DNA of 24,000 bases from Clostridia bacterium (GCA_900756545.1 CAAEKO010000034.1:48662-72661); one strand, 5' to 3'. Positions 8,866 through 18,723 are shown, counted from the first letter of the stretch. A program made the numbers and translations. The notes: a model not told the origin generated them from the sequence alone.

Positions 8866-8929
8866 GTGCCTGTGCGTTCCGCTTACGCTTTGTGCTTTAT
8901 TCCAACAATAGTTTGGAACGCACAGGCAC
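8866..8929. repeat. perfect 15-bp inverted repeat in the region upstream of the mobilization genes
   Basis: GTGCCTGTGCGTTCC (8866-8880) and GGAACGCACAGGCAC (8915-8929), loop of 34 nt. Confidence 0.85.
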
Positions 8930-9023
8930 TTAATACCCTTTAGCTCCGCTACTAAGTAAAGCATTGTCATCAACTAACGGCGATAACAACACTTCCCTTA
9001 TCCGCTACACTAAAGGGCATGGG

Positions 9024-9110
9024 CAGGTAGTGCAAGTGGATAGACACACTTGCCACCTGTTCAGGGGGAAATCGAGAAAAATTCTCGTTGTATCTTGCAC
9101 GCTTTTGTTC
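9024..9110. promoter_or_regulatory. candidate oriT (structured non-coding region with a possible MOBP-like nic)
   Basis: Imperfect inverted repeat CAGGTAGTGCAAGTG (9024-9038) / CACACTTGCCACCTG (9045-9059), small hairpin CGAGAAaaaTTCTCG, then TATCTTGC (9091-9098), which resembles the MOBP nic consensus YATCCTG/Y. About 240 bp upstream of the mobC-like gene. Confidence 0.4.
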
Positions 9111-9340
9111 GTTCGAGTACAGCAAGTACACTTCACTCTCAAAATCGCACAATCTACTTAGAGAATTGTCCTCTTTCCCCCTAAAAACCCCCTATGCGGT
9201 AACGCAAAGTCAATATTAAACTTCCGATTAACATCAGACTTTGCATTACCTGCACAATAATTTGAAATATCAGTGTCAAATTATTGTGGTGCAAGCCATT
9301 ATCTCTTGCACACTTTCGCACAGCGAAAGGAGGCGAATTT

Positions 9341-9721
9341 ATGAATCGCAAGCGAAATCATCAATTCTCTCTACGCTTGTCCGACAGCGAACAAGCGTTA
9401 TGGGATAAAAAACAGACTGCAAGCGGTCTTAATAAAACTGAATTTTTTATCCGCATACTGAAAAACTCTGTTGTAAAAATATACCGCTTTGATGAAAGCA
9501 TAAAGGAACTGATTAAGGAATTACGCAAAGTCGGCGTAAATCTTAATCAGGCGGCACATCTTTTAAACAGCGGTTTCCCTTTTGAAGCGAATCAGGAAAT
9601 TCGCGATATGAACGGCGAATATTCCGAAGTCATGGAAAAAATCAAAAATTTTCTTGAAAAACCTTTAATAAATGCAACCATTATTGATAAAACGGTCGGT
9701 GATGATAATGCCGTTCGGTAA
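9341..9721 (+). CDS. MobC-like mobilization protein (relaxosome accessory, ribbon-helix-helix type)
   Basis: MNRKRNHQFSLRLSDSEQALWDKKQTASGLNKTEFFIRILKNSVV...LIKELRKVGVNLNQAAHLLNSG matches the MobC pattern (RLSD.E...; LRKVGVNLNQ.A...N). GAAAGGAGG precedes ATG at 9341. Confidence 0.85.
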   Translation: MNRKRNHQFSLRLSDSEQALWDKKQTASGLNKTEFFIRILKNSVVKIYRFDESIKELIKELRKVGVNLNQAAHLLNSGFPFEANQEIRDMNGEYSEVMEKIKNFLEKPLINATIIDKTVGDDNAVR

Positions 9722-10883
9722 TGTGAATGTAAAGTATCAGCCGTGTAAATCCGTAGGACAGCTTAAATCGGCAGTAAATTATATGCTCGGCATACAACCG
9801 GAGCAGATACGAAACGGAGTAGTTAAAACGCAAGACCACCTATATTCTGCTCTCGGCTGTAACCGTGATAATTTTGCAAACAGCATACTTGTCACAAGAA
9901 AGTTAAACGGCAGAAGCTACAGCAGAATGAAAAAAAATAACATAATTGCTCACAAATTGAGTATATCATTTCATCAGGCGGACAATGAAAAGCTGTCTTA
10001 TGAATTGGCATATAAAATTGCTGAAGAATTTGCAATTGAATTTATGTATTCAAAAGGCTATGAGGTTTTATTTGCAGTACATACAGACACCGAGCATATT
10101 CATGTTCATTTTCTTGTGAGCAACTGCAACATAGACACAGGCAAAAGTTACAGACGAAATAAAAAAATGTTATATGATATGTCGGAATATTTCGGCAATC
10201 AATGTCTTCAACACGGCTTGACGCACTCTGTCCGCAATGAGTTTTACAGTCATGACCTTGATGAATCAAGAGATAATTTGACTTTTGCGGAATATCAAAT
10301 GCGTAAAAAAGGCAAAGAGAGCTTTAAGGACGAGCTTAGAGAGGTTATTCAGGTAGAAATAGCGGATAAAACAAACAAGACCTTTGATGATGTTATGGCT
10401 GCTCTTTGGCGGCACTATAATGTTGAAACAAGGGTTAAGGGAAACACAGTATCATACAGACACCCCGAATACAAGGACAAAAACGGAAAACTTGTATCTG
10501 TCAGGGGCAGTAAATTAGGTGATTTATATACCCGGAAAGGAATAGAATATGAGCTTACAAAGAAACTCACAAAACAATATGAACAATCAGCCGAAGCCCA
10601 GTATTATGGAGAAATTACGGACACCGCAGGAGAGCATAGACACCCGTATGGAAATATTGGAAAGTCTGTGGCAGAAACTACAGACCTTACGAGAGGACAA
10701 CTTGAACGAGGCAGAGGACAAACTACAGCTAACGGCATATCTGACAATAGCGGAAGAAATGTTCAAAGCTCTGGTGACTTTTACGAACGCTATAGGAAGC
10801 GACATCAAAAGTCTAACGGAAGAACAAATGAAGCTGTTAAGCCTGCAAAACGAGTACATCAGGACGAGTGGGAACGAGATTGA
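9702..10883 (+). CDS. relaxase / mobilization nuclease (MOBP-like, MobA/VirD2 type)
   Basis: KSVGQLKSAVNYML near the N-terminus and the histidine motif HTDTEHIHVHFLVSNCNIDTGKSYR. Starts within the end of the mobC-like gene. ORF track start is 9672; ATG at 9702 or 9708 is more likely. Confidence 0.88.
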   Translation: MIMPFGNVNVKYQPCKSVGQLKSAVNYMLGIQPEQIRNGVVKTQDHLYSALGCNRDNFANSILVTRKLNGRSYSRMKKNNIIAHKLSISFHQADNEKLSYELAYKIAEEFAIEFMYSKGYEVLFAVHTDTEHIHVHFLVSNCNIDTGKSYRRNKKMLYDMSEYFGNQCLQHGLTHSVRNEFYSHDLDESRDNLTFAEYQMRKKGKESFKDELREVIQVEIADKTNKTFDDVMAALWRHYNVETRVKGNTVSYRHPEYKDKNGKLVSVRGSKLGDLYTRKGIEYELTKKLTKQYEQSAEAQYYGEITDTAGEHRHPYGNIGKSVAETTDLTRGQLERGRGQTTANGISDNSGRNVQSSGDFYERYRKRHQKSNGRTNEAVKPAKRVHQDEWERD

Positions 10884-11145
10884 TAAACTTGTTTACAATA
10901 CCTATGAAGATGTAAAGGATAAATATGCTGTTCTCATTGAAAAATCCTTAAAAGATGCTACCGACAACCACAACCGCAGTTTAAAAGCAATGGAGCGTGT
11001 TGCCGAGAAATGCACCGAAACCGCAAAGAAAGCACAGGAGAACAATGCCGAGCTTTGCCGAGTGGATAATTTTTGGAAGTTTCTCAATTTTACAGTACCG
11101 ATATATGTTATTGCGGATATAATAATACGGCTGATTTTTAGGTAA
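10549..11145 (+). CDS. MobB-like accessory protein, coiled-coil with a C-terminal transmembrane segment, nested in the relaxase 3' end
   Basis: AAAGGAA RBS about 7 nt before ATG 10549. Overlaps the relaxase CDS by 335 bp in another frame. C-terminus FLNFTVPIYVIADIIIRLIF is hydrophobic. Confidence 0.65.
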   Translation: MSLQRNSQNNMNNQPKPSIMEKLRTPQESIDTRMEILESLWQKLQTLREDNLNEAEDKLQLTAYLTIAEEMFKALVTFTNAIGSDIKSLTEEQMKLLSLQNEYIRTSGNEIDKLVYNTYEDVKDKYAVLIEKSLKDATDNHNRSLKAMERVAEKCTETAKKAQENNAELCRVDNFWKFLNFTVPIYVIADIIIRLIFR

Positions 11146-11176
11146 AATTTTAATGGGGCTGTAAAAAAAGTCCCAT

Positions 11177-11208
11177 AAAAATGCAAGGGTGAAAACTCTT
11201 GCATTTTT
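11177..11208. terminator. stem-loop inside the IS left end, possibly blocking read-in transcription
   Basis: AAAAATGCAAG (11177-11187) / CTTGCATTTTT (11198-11208), perfect 11 bp. Confidence 0.65.
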
Positions 11209-11267
11209 TACATACAAAAACAGCTGAAACCATTGAGGTAACAGCTGTTTTGTGGTATAATAAATAT

Positions 11268-12854
11268 ATGAAAAACAAAATTAATACCGAAAAATATTAT
11301 ACACCAATTCAAATGGAATTTCAAGTAGGATTTGAAAAAATCATTGAAATTTCTGACCCAATTTACACATTCAACGAAATTGTGAATCAAATTGACCTTA
11401 GAAAATATTTTGTTGGGAAAGGCAACAGAATGGGTCGACCAAGATTTGATTGTATCAAGATGTTGAAAATAATACTGTTTGCTTTTATGGAAAATGAATA
11501 TGCATCGCTTAGAAATATTGAAAAGCTATGTAAAACAGATATTCGTTATCTGTGGCTTTTAGGTGATACACCTGCACCATCATTTGTAACAATATCCAAT
11601 TTTATGAACAATTTTCTTGTTGATGGTATAGAGGAAATCTTTAACGATATTAACCGAGTGATATTTGAAACAGAAAAAGTGGACCTAAATCATATATACA
11701 TAGATGGTACAAAGATAGAGGCTAATGCTAATAAATATACTTGGGTATGGAAAAAGTCTTGTATTACTAACAGAGATAGAGTATTTAAATATCTCACTGA
11801 TTTAATAAATGAAATTAATGAAACAGACCTGATATTTCATAATGTTAAAATCGGCACACGCAAGGAATACAACATTGAGTATTTAATTGATATACAAAGA
11901 GAATATGCAAATCTTTTAAATATAGATACATCAACATTTGTATATGGCTCCGGTAAAAGAAAAACACAACTACAGCGTCATTATGAAAAATTAGCTAACT
12001 ATATAGATAGATTAAAGAAATATGCAAAACATATCAATACTTGTGGAAAAAACAGAAACAGTTATTCTAAAACCGATACAGATGCAACATTTATGCGAGT
12101 AAAGAAAGACTATATGGGTAATGACCAATTGCTTCCCGCATACAATGTACAGCTTGGGATATGTGATGAATACATAGCAGTAGCAGATATTAAACAATAT
12201 GCATCAGATATGGAGTGTTTTGTACCGCTTATGGAAAAATTTAATGATACATATGGTTTCTATCCAACATACCCTGTAGCTGATGCAGGATATGGTAGCT
12301 ACAACAATTATCTGTTTTGTGAAGAAAAAGGTATGGAAAAATTCATGAAATTTACTATGTATGAAAAAGAAACAAAATCAGACAAGTATCATAACGATCC
12401 ATTCCGAGCAGTGAATTTCAAAAGAGATAATCAAGGAAATTTAATTTGTCCGAACGGAAAGAAATTCCATTATATTTATGACAGACCGGTGCAAGGGAAT
12501 AAATTCGGCAGGACAGAAGAATACTATCAATGCGAAGATTGCAGTGGGTGTAAATATCGAAGTCAATGTCATAAAAGTGAGAAAAACAGAATTATCCGTA
12601 TTAATGAAGAATTAACAAGCTTTCACATAGAAGTTTTAAATAACTTAAACTGTATCCACGGAGCACTGCTAAGAATGAATAGAAGTATTCAATCTGAAGG
12701 AACATATGGAGTAATCAAAAGCGATAGAGGGTACAAACGGATACACAGACGCGGTTTAAAATTCGTAAATTTTGATTTTATGACAATTTGTTGTGGTTTT
12801 AATCTGTACAAATACCATATGAAGAAACAACGGCTTGCAAAAACAGCAGCCTAA
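11268..12854 (+). CDS. IS1182-family DDE transposase
   Basis: MGRPRFDCIKMLKIILFAFMENEYASLRNIEKLCKTDIRYLWLLGD...PSFVTISNF, IYIDGTKIEANANKYTWVWKK and PVADAGYGSYNNYLFC are typical of this family. Likely start ATG 11268, giving 528 aa, apparently intact. Confidence 0.9.
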   Translation: MKNKINTEKYYTPIQMEFQVGFEKIIEISDPIYTFNEIVNQIDLRKYFVGKGNRMGRPRFDCIKMLKIILFAFMENEYASLRNIEKLCKTDIRYLWLLGDTPAPSFVTISNFMNNFLVDGIEEIFNDINRVIFETEKVDLNHIYIDGTKIEANANKYTWVWKKSCITNRDRVFKYLTDLINEINETDLIFHNVKIGTRKEYNIEYLIDIQREYANLLNIDTSTFVYGSGKRKTQLQRHYEKLANYIDRLKKYAKHINTCGKNRNSYSKTDTDATFMRVKKDYMGNDQLLPAYNVQLGICDEYIAVADIKQYASDMECFVPLMEKFNDTYGFYPTYPVADAGYGSYNNYLFCEEKGMEKFMKFTMYEKETKSDKYHNDPFRAVNFKRDNQGNLICPNGKKFHYIYDRPVQGNKFGRTEEYYQCEDCSGCKYRSQCHKSEKNRIIRINEELTSFHIEVLNNLNCIHGALLRMNRSIQSEGTYGVIKSDRGYKRIHRRGLKFVNFDFMTICCGFNLYKYHMKKQRLAKTAA

Positions 12855-12951
12855 ACTATCAATATTTTTTAAAATTTGAGTCCATAAAACGATGGGCTTT
12901 GTTTTGATGTCATAAAAACCATATTCTAACGAGATTTAACAAAATATGCAG

Positions 12952-12980
12952 AAAAGGAATCCTGTTTTGAGATTCCTTTT
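12952..12980. terminator. stem-loop at the IS right end
   Basis: AAAAGGAATC (12952-12961) / GATTCCTTTT (12971-12980), perfect 10 bp. Confidence 0.6.
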
Positions 12981-13030
12981 CGCTATTTGCGGGCTTTTTT
13001 AACAGCCCCTGAAGTTCTAATTACGGCGGA

Positions 13031-13615
13031 TTATCTATCTGATAATCTGTCATACTGTATTTCGGATTCTCCTGTAATTTTGTTTGTTTTCTTTTTATAA
13101 AGCAAAGTGTATTTTGCTTGTCCGGCGGTATAATCTTTATCGCCTTTTGGGAAGAAAGAACGGCAGAAATGAGAGTCAGAATTTTTAAGTCTATCAAGGA
13201 ATATGTATATATCTCTGCTATTATGTGCAGATTGAAGCAGATAATCCGCTTGAATTAGTGAAAATACTTGTTTCTTTGAATTATATTTGAAAATAATCTC
13301 GTTGCTATCAAGCATATTTTCCAAAAATTCAAAATACTCAATTCGCTCTTTGACAAAATCAAAGTTTTCACTTTTAGTTAAAGTGTCATAATCTATCTTT
13401 CCGTCTAATGCGTAGTCAAACACTTTTTTCCTTGAAGCAGTACGGAAAAACTCATTGTCAACGAGTTTATGAAGTCCGGCTAAATGCACAAACTCCGTTT
13501 CAGAAAAGTTAAGTATTATTTTTGACATTTGACCTTTTCTGCCAATAATGATTTCGTATTGTGTATCAATCAGCTTTTGAAAAGCCAATGCACACCTTTG
13601 TAATTTGTCTGCCAT
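13031..13615 (-). CDS. candidate BECR-fold nuclease-like protein (PBECR4-like)
   Basis: IIIGRKGQMSKIILNFSETEFVHLAGLHKLVD and C-terminal KYTLLYKKKTNKITGESEIQYDRLSDR resemble, from memory, the phage-barnase-EndoU-colicin-RelE-like nuclease 4 family. GAAAGGATATTTACA precedes ATG. Confidence 0.45.
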   Translation of the reverse strand: MADKLQRCALAFQKLIDTQYEIIIGRKGQMSKIILNFSETEFVHLAGLHKLVDNEFFRTASRKKVFDYALDGKIDYDTLTKSENFDFVKERIEYFEFLENMLDSNEIIFKYNSKKQVFSLIQADYLLQSAHNSRDIYIFLDRLKNSDSHFCRSFFPKGDKDYTAGQAKYTLLYKKKTNKITGESEIQYDRLSDR

Positions 13616-13639
13616 TGTAAATATCCTTTCACATAAGTA

Positions 13640-13673
13640 AAAGCCGTTCTACCAAGAAAGCAGAACGGCTTTT
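13640..13673 (-). terminator. terminator or attenuator hairpin between the STAND gene and the nuclease-like gene
   Basis: AAAGCCGTTCT (13640-13650) / AGAACGGCTTT (13662-13672), followed in the minus direction by a short T run. It lies 24 bp upstream of the nuclease-like start codon. Confidence 0.7.
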
Positions 13674-13889
13674 AGTGCATTTTCTTTCGGCATTAAGCCT
13701 ACGCCGATTTGAGGTTACACTACACAAACCCCTCCCGAAAGCTCCGTATGCCAACGCATATCGGCACGCCGACACACATCTACGCTTTAACAGACACACC
13801 TGTTGCCTGTTGCTAATATTATTATACTCAAAACTTTAAAATATGTCAATAGATTTAAAGAAATTTTGTCATTATGCCTAAAAATATTT

Positions 13890-16235
13890 TTAATAGCAGT
13901 TTTTATCCATAAATTCTCGTAGTTTATCTGCCTTTGTACTTGTAAGTAATGTTTTTAATGCAGACGATTGAAATTCTGCATATTTCGCTTCAAGCAGTTC
14001 AGGCTCGTCTTTCCACACCTCTGAATATATATCCCAAGCTGTATCAATTCTGTTCTGAGCTTTGTGTACTTCTCCCATATCCATATACATCAGTCCTGCA
14101 CCCCAAAGGATATTGGCGTAATCGGTTGTATCATACAAATCCGAATCATGCAATACCTTTGCACATCTCTCAAGTGCGTTGACTGCTTTGTTGTACTCTC
14201 CCAATTCTGCTGCCAAGTGTGCATAATTAAAAACCTGTGCAACGCCGTCACGGCTGTTATCTAATCCGGCTTTTTTAAGAACGCCGTACCCAAGCTCCAT
14301 ATATTTTCTTGCTTCTGTCTTATTTCCGTTGGATAAATATACACCACCTAAATTGCTGTATATATTTGCTACAAGTAAGGGATTTCCCTTTTGCAATCCA
14401 TTACAGTATTCAGCAGCCTTCTTTTGATAATGTAACGCCTTTTTAAGATTATTGTTAAACACCTGCTCATAAGTTGCCTTATAATCAAGTAATAATGCTT
14501 GCTCGGATGTATTACATATTCCGTCTGCTGTCATTCGTTCAAGCTCGGACAGTATTGTATCCATACCGGTTTTGTATCTGTACTTTTCCATATACGGAAA
14601 TACATCTACAAGCAGTCTTATATATGCCCGTATATCGTCTTTTTCAGCATATATGATTATATTTTCCGCAACGGCAAACAACAGCTTGTGATGCGGTAAG
14701 TCAATACCGTGAAACAGGCATTGAAATCTTGTGTTATCAATAAGTGTTTTACAGTTGCTTATACTTGGTTTTGTATCATCGACAGTAACCTCTTGAATTA
14801 AGGGGTGCAGATATATCTTTCTGCAATCCGTCTTTTGGATGAAACCTAATTCGATTAAATCGTTTATGCTATTAAGGTTTTTCAATTCAAGCCATTTTGC
14901 AAACATTTTTGGATTTATACCCTCTGTAGGGATAAAAGCCATATTACGCATTATGTTCTGTGCATTATCGGACAAACAAGCTAATGTTATCAGCGTGTGT
15001 ATATGCTCATAATATGTGCCTTGTGTGTTTTTTCCGTCTTTTACAATTCCTATCCTATCATCAGTATTCAGTACGGTTTTTGTTTCCTGTAACTTTTGTA
15101 ATAATGCCTTTGCATTTAATATCCCCGAAGCTAACAACCTTGCAGAAAGTTCAACCGCCAATGTGTGACAATGTACGGCTTCTATAATCTGCTTTACAAC
15201 ATCAATATTTTTATCGTTAATTTCATAAAAATATCCCACAAGCTCTAATAAAGAATCCATATCTGCCATTTCCGAAATATCAATGAAATGGTAATTGTCA
15301 AATCTGCTTCGTGTTGTAAACAGAATACGACAACGGTATTTCATAATAACATCAAATATCGAATCTGCTGAAGCCGTTGTATTAAAGTTGTCAATGATAA
15401 TCAGAGTATCTTCCTTTAAGCTACGCAAAAAGCGGTTATGATTTTTGAAACGCACATCAGTATTATCTGTTATCATGTCATCAGCAAATTCAAAGTCGGC
15501 TATCATCTGCTTTAAATCGCCTGTATATGTGAAGAACAAAATATTTGTATAATCGTTTTTATGTACTTCTGCATATTTCTTGCCAAGCTCGCTTTTACCA
15601 ATTCCGGCAACACCCTGTAAAAAGATTTTATCTTGCTTTTTCAGCATTTCATCTATAGCTTGAAGTTCGTTATCCCTACCACAGAAATGTTTACAGGCTT
15701 TAGGAACAAAACCGTCAATAATATAATCTTTCACAATAGGTGATAAGCTGCCTAATGCAAGAAGCTCCTTTGTCTTGCTTTCCCTTTTCACAAAAGTACG
15801 CTCCATACCAAAATACAGCACTCTGCTGATAAAATCAGCTTTGTCCTGCTCGTTATTATACGGATAATCTCCACATAAATATTCTTTCTTCTCCGGCGAT
15901 ATATCAGTATCGTTCATTGTTAGGTTATATATTTCACTAACCGCCATATCCAAATCATAAAGCAAAGGAAAAACAAGATTTTCAATATCGAAAGACAGCT
16001 TTTTCTGTGCTTTGGCAGTTGAATAATACTCTATAATTCTCGGACTTATTTTAGCTGTTCCGTTCAGCCATTTGCATACAAGACCGTTATCCAATGAAAA
16101 ATCCTCAGAATACTTGCTTTGAAAGAAATTATCAAACAAGCACTCTTGCAGTAAATCCGTCTGATTTATACTTTCACTTTGGCTTATGTAGTTTGAAATA
16201 ATCTGCATTACAGATGAAAAATCACATCTTTCCAT
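13890..16235 (-). CDS. STAND (NB-ARC-like) P-loop ATPase with C-terminal TPR-like repeats
   Basis: CGRDNELQAIDEMLKKQDKIFLQGVAGIGKSELGKKYAE (Walker A), DTLIIIDNFN (Walker B), CRILFTTRSRF (RNBS-B/sensor-like), then helical repeats such as LVANIYSNLGGVYLSNGNKTEARKYMELGYGVLKKAG. Start at ATG 16235 is preferred over GTG 16244 because GAGGTG is spaced for it. Confidence 0.85.
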   Translation of the reverse strand: MERCDFSSVMQIISNYISQSESINQTDLLQECLFDNFFQSKYSEDFSLDNGLVCKWLNGTAKISPRIIEYYSTAKAQKKLSFDIENLVFPLLYDLDMAVSEIYNLTMNDTDISPEKKEYLCGDYPYNNEQDKADFISRVLYFGMERTFVKRESKTKELLALGSLSPIVKDYIIDGFVPKACKHFCGRDNELQAIDEMLKKQDKIFLQGVAGIGKSELGKKYAEVHKNDYTNILFFTYTGDLKQMIADFEFADDMITDNTDVRFKNHNRFLRSLKEDTLIIIDNFNTTASADSIFDVIMKYRCRILFTTRSRFDNYHFIDISEMADMDSLLELVGYFYEINDKNIDVVKQIIEAVHCHTLAVELSARLLASGILNAKALLQKLQETKTVLNTDDRIGIVKDGKNTQGTYYEHIHTLITLACLSDNAQNIMRNMAFIPTEGINPKMFAKWLELKNLNSINDLIELGFIQKTDCRKIYLHPLIQEVTVDDTKPSISNCKTLIDNTRFQCLFHGIDLPHHKLLFAVAENIIIYAEKDDIRAYIRLLVDVFPYMEKYRYKTGMDTILSELERMTADGICNTSEQALLLDYKATYEQVFNNNLKKALHYQKKAAEYCNGLQKGNPLLVANIYSNLGGVYLSNGNKTEARKYMELGYGVLKKAGLDNSRDGVAQVFNYAHLAAELGEYNKAVNALERCAKVLHDSDLYDTTDYANILWGAGLMYMDMGEVHKAQNRIDTAWDIYSEVWKDEPELLEAKYAEFQSSALKTLLTSTKADKLREFMDKNCY

Positions 16236-16253
16236 TCGTGTCACCTCACTTTG

Positions 16254-16281
16254 TCAATTTATGCTCAATTTCGTGTCAATG
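16254..16281. repeat. 11-bp-phased TCAAT triplet (site C) between the STAND promoter and its start codon, and upstream of tnpW
   Basis: TCAATTTATGC-TCAATTTCGTG-TCAATG with repeat starts at 16254, 16265 and 16276. Confidence 0.75.
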
Positions 16282-16289
16282 TATTTTGA

Positions 16290-16318
16290 ACTATACTTCT
16301 ATATACTAAACCTGTCAA
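16290..16318 (-). promoter_or_regulatory. sigma-A-like promoter of the STAND gene
   Basis: On the minus strand TTGACA (16318-16313), 17 bp, TATAGT (16295-16290). Confidence 0.7.
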
Positions 16319-16426
16319 ACGGCGGTATTATCTTAATATTATTATATCACATAATTGGTAGTAAATCAAATATTACATATCCGCCTGATGATAATTTGTT
16401 GATTATGGACAGGAGGATAAAACACA

Positions 16427-16603
16427 ATGACATTAAAGGACAATACTCTGCAAAATACTACAGAAGAAAACTTGAAAAATCCTCAAAATATCAGCTTTAA
16501 GAAAGGTATCGGCAAAACAACTTATGTTGTAAATGCACATTTCAATGAGAAAGTGAAAGAGGATATTGCCATGAAAATTAAAAGGCTAATTACACGACTA
16601 TAG
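16427..16603 (+). CDS. tnpW: transposon-encoded TnpW-like small protein (58 aa), missing from the supplied ORF track
   Basis: MTLKDNTLQNTTEENLKNPQNISFKKGIGKTTYVVNAHFNEKVKEDIAMKIKRLITRL matches the TnpW pattern (iGkTtY.V..hF.e...E....Ki.rLI). AGGAGG RBS at 16411-16416. Located directly upstream of the serine recombinase. Confidence 0.82.
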   Translation: MTLKDNTLQNTTEENLKNPQNISFKKGIGKTTYVVNAHFNEKVKEDIAMKIKRLITRL

Positions 16604-16655
16604 CAAACTGCAATTAGGCAGAGTCAACAAAATTATATTTTGTAATTCAAAATCA

Positions 16656-18372
<1,717 letters not shown>

Positions 18373-18396
18373 ATATTTTTAATTAATAAACAATGA

Positions 18397-18431
18397 GGCG
18401 ATACAAAGAGCAAAAAGCCCATTGTATCGCC
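18397..18431. terminator. stem-loop downstream of the serine recombinase
   Basis: Perfect 10-bp inverted repeat GGCGATACAA (18397-18406) / TTGTATCGCC (18422-18431). Confidence 0.65.
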
Positions 18432-18508
18432 GTTTCTTATAACTTCCTTATAATCATTTAACAGAAGCCACGCACTGAAAAACGCAGTGACTCCGATCTT
18501 CAATGTTA

Positions 18509-18615
18509 CCACACACTTTTGATCGATCTTAAATAAGAAATACGACAAAATCAGAGTATACGTTTTTACCTGCTTAACGTATCTCCTATTTGAGAAATTA
18601 TTCAAAAGTATGTGG
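18509..18615. repeat. about 107-bp imperfect palindrome between the mobile region and yebC
   Basis: CCACACACTTTTGA (18509-18522) pairs with TCAAAAGTATGTGG (18602-18615), 13/14. Inner arm AAATAAGAAATACG (18531-18544) pairs with CGTATCTCCTATTT (18578-18591), 12/14. Confidence 0.7.
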
Positions 18616-18723
18616 TGGACATATTCTATCATATCCTATCCGATTTTTCAAGCATATTATTCAAAAACTGCAAAAGGCTGAACGGAGAATCCGTTCAGCC
18701 CATAAACTGCGAATATTTGTTTT

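Larger units (their letters stand above)
11155..13009 (+). mobile_element. IS1182-like insertion sequence
   Basis: Terminal inverted repeats GGGGCTGTAAAAAAAGTCCC (11155-11174) and reverse complement of 12990-13009 (GGGGCTGTTAAAAAAGCCCG), 17/20 identical, bracketing a transposase gene. Confidence 0.88.

Noticed and set aside
8731-9161. Overlapping short ORFs on both strands (8731-8943, 8791-8973, 8964-9161, 8970-9152)
   Set aside because: They coincide with the inverted-repeat-rich non-coding region and show no protein signature; cysteine/histidine-rich translations look accidental.
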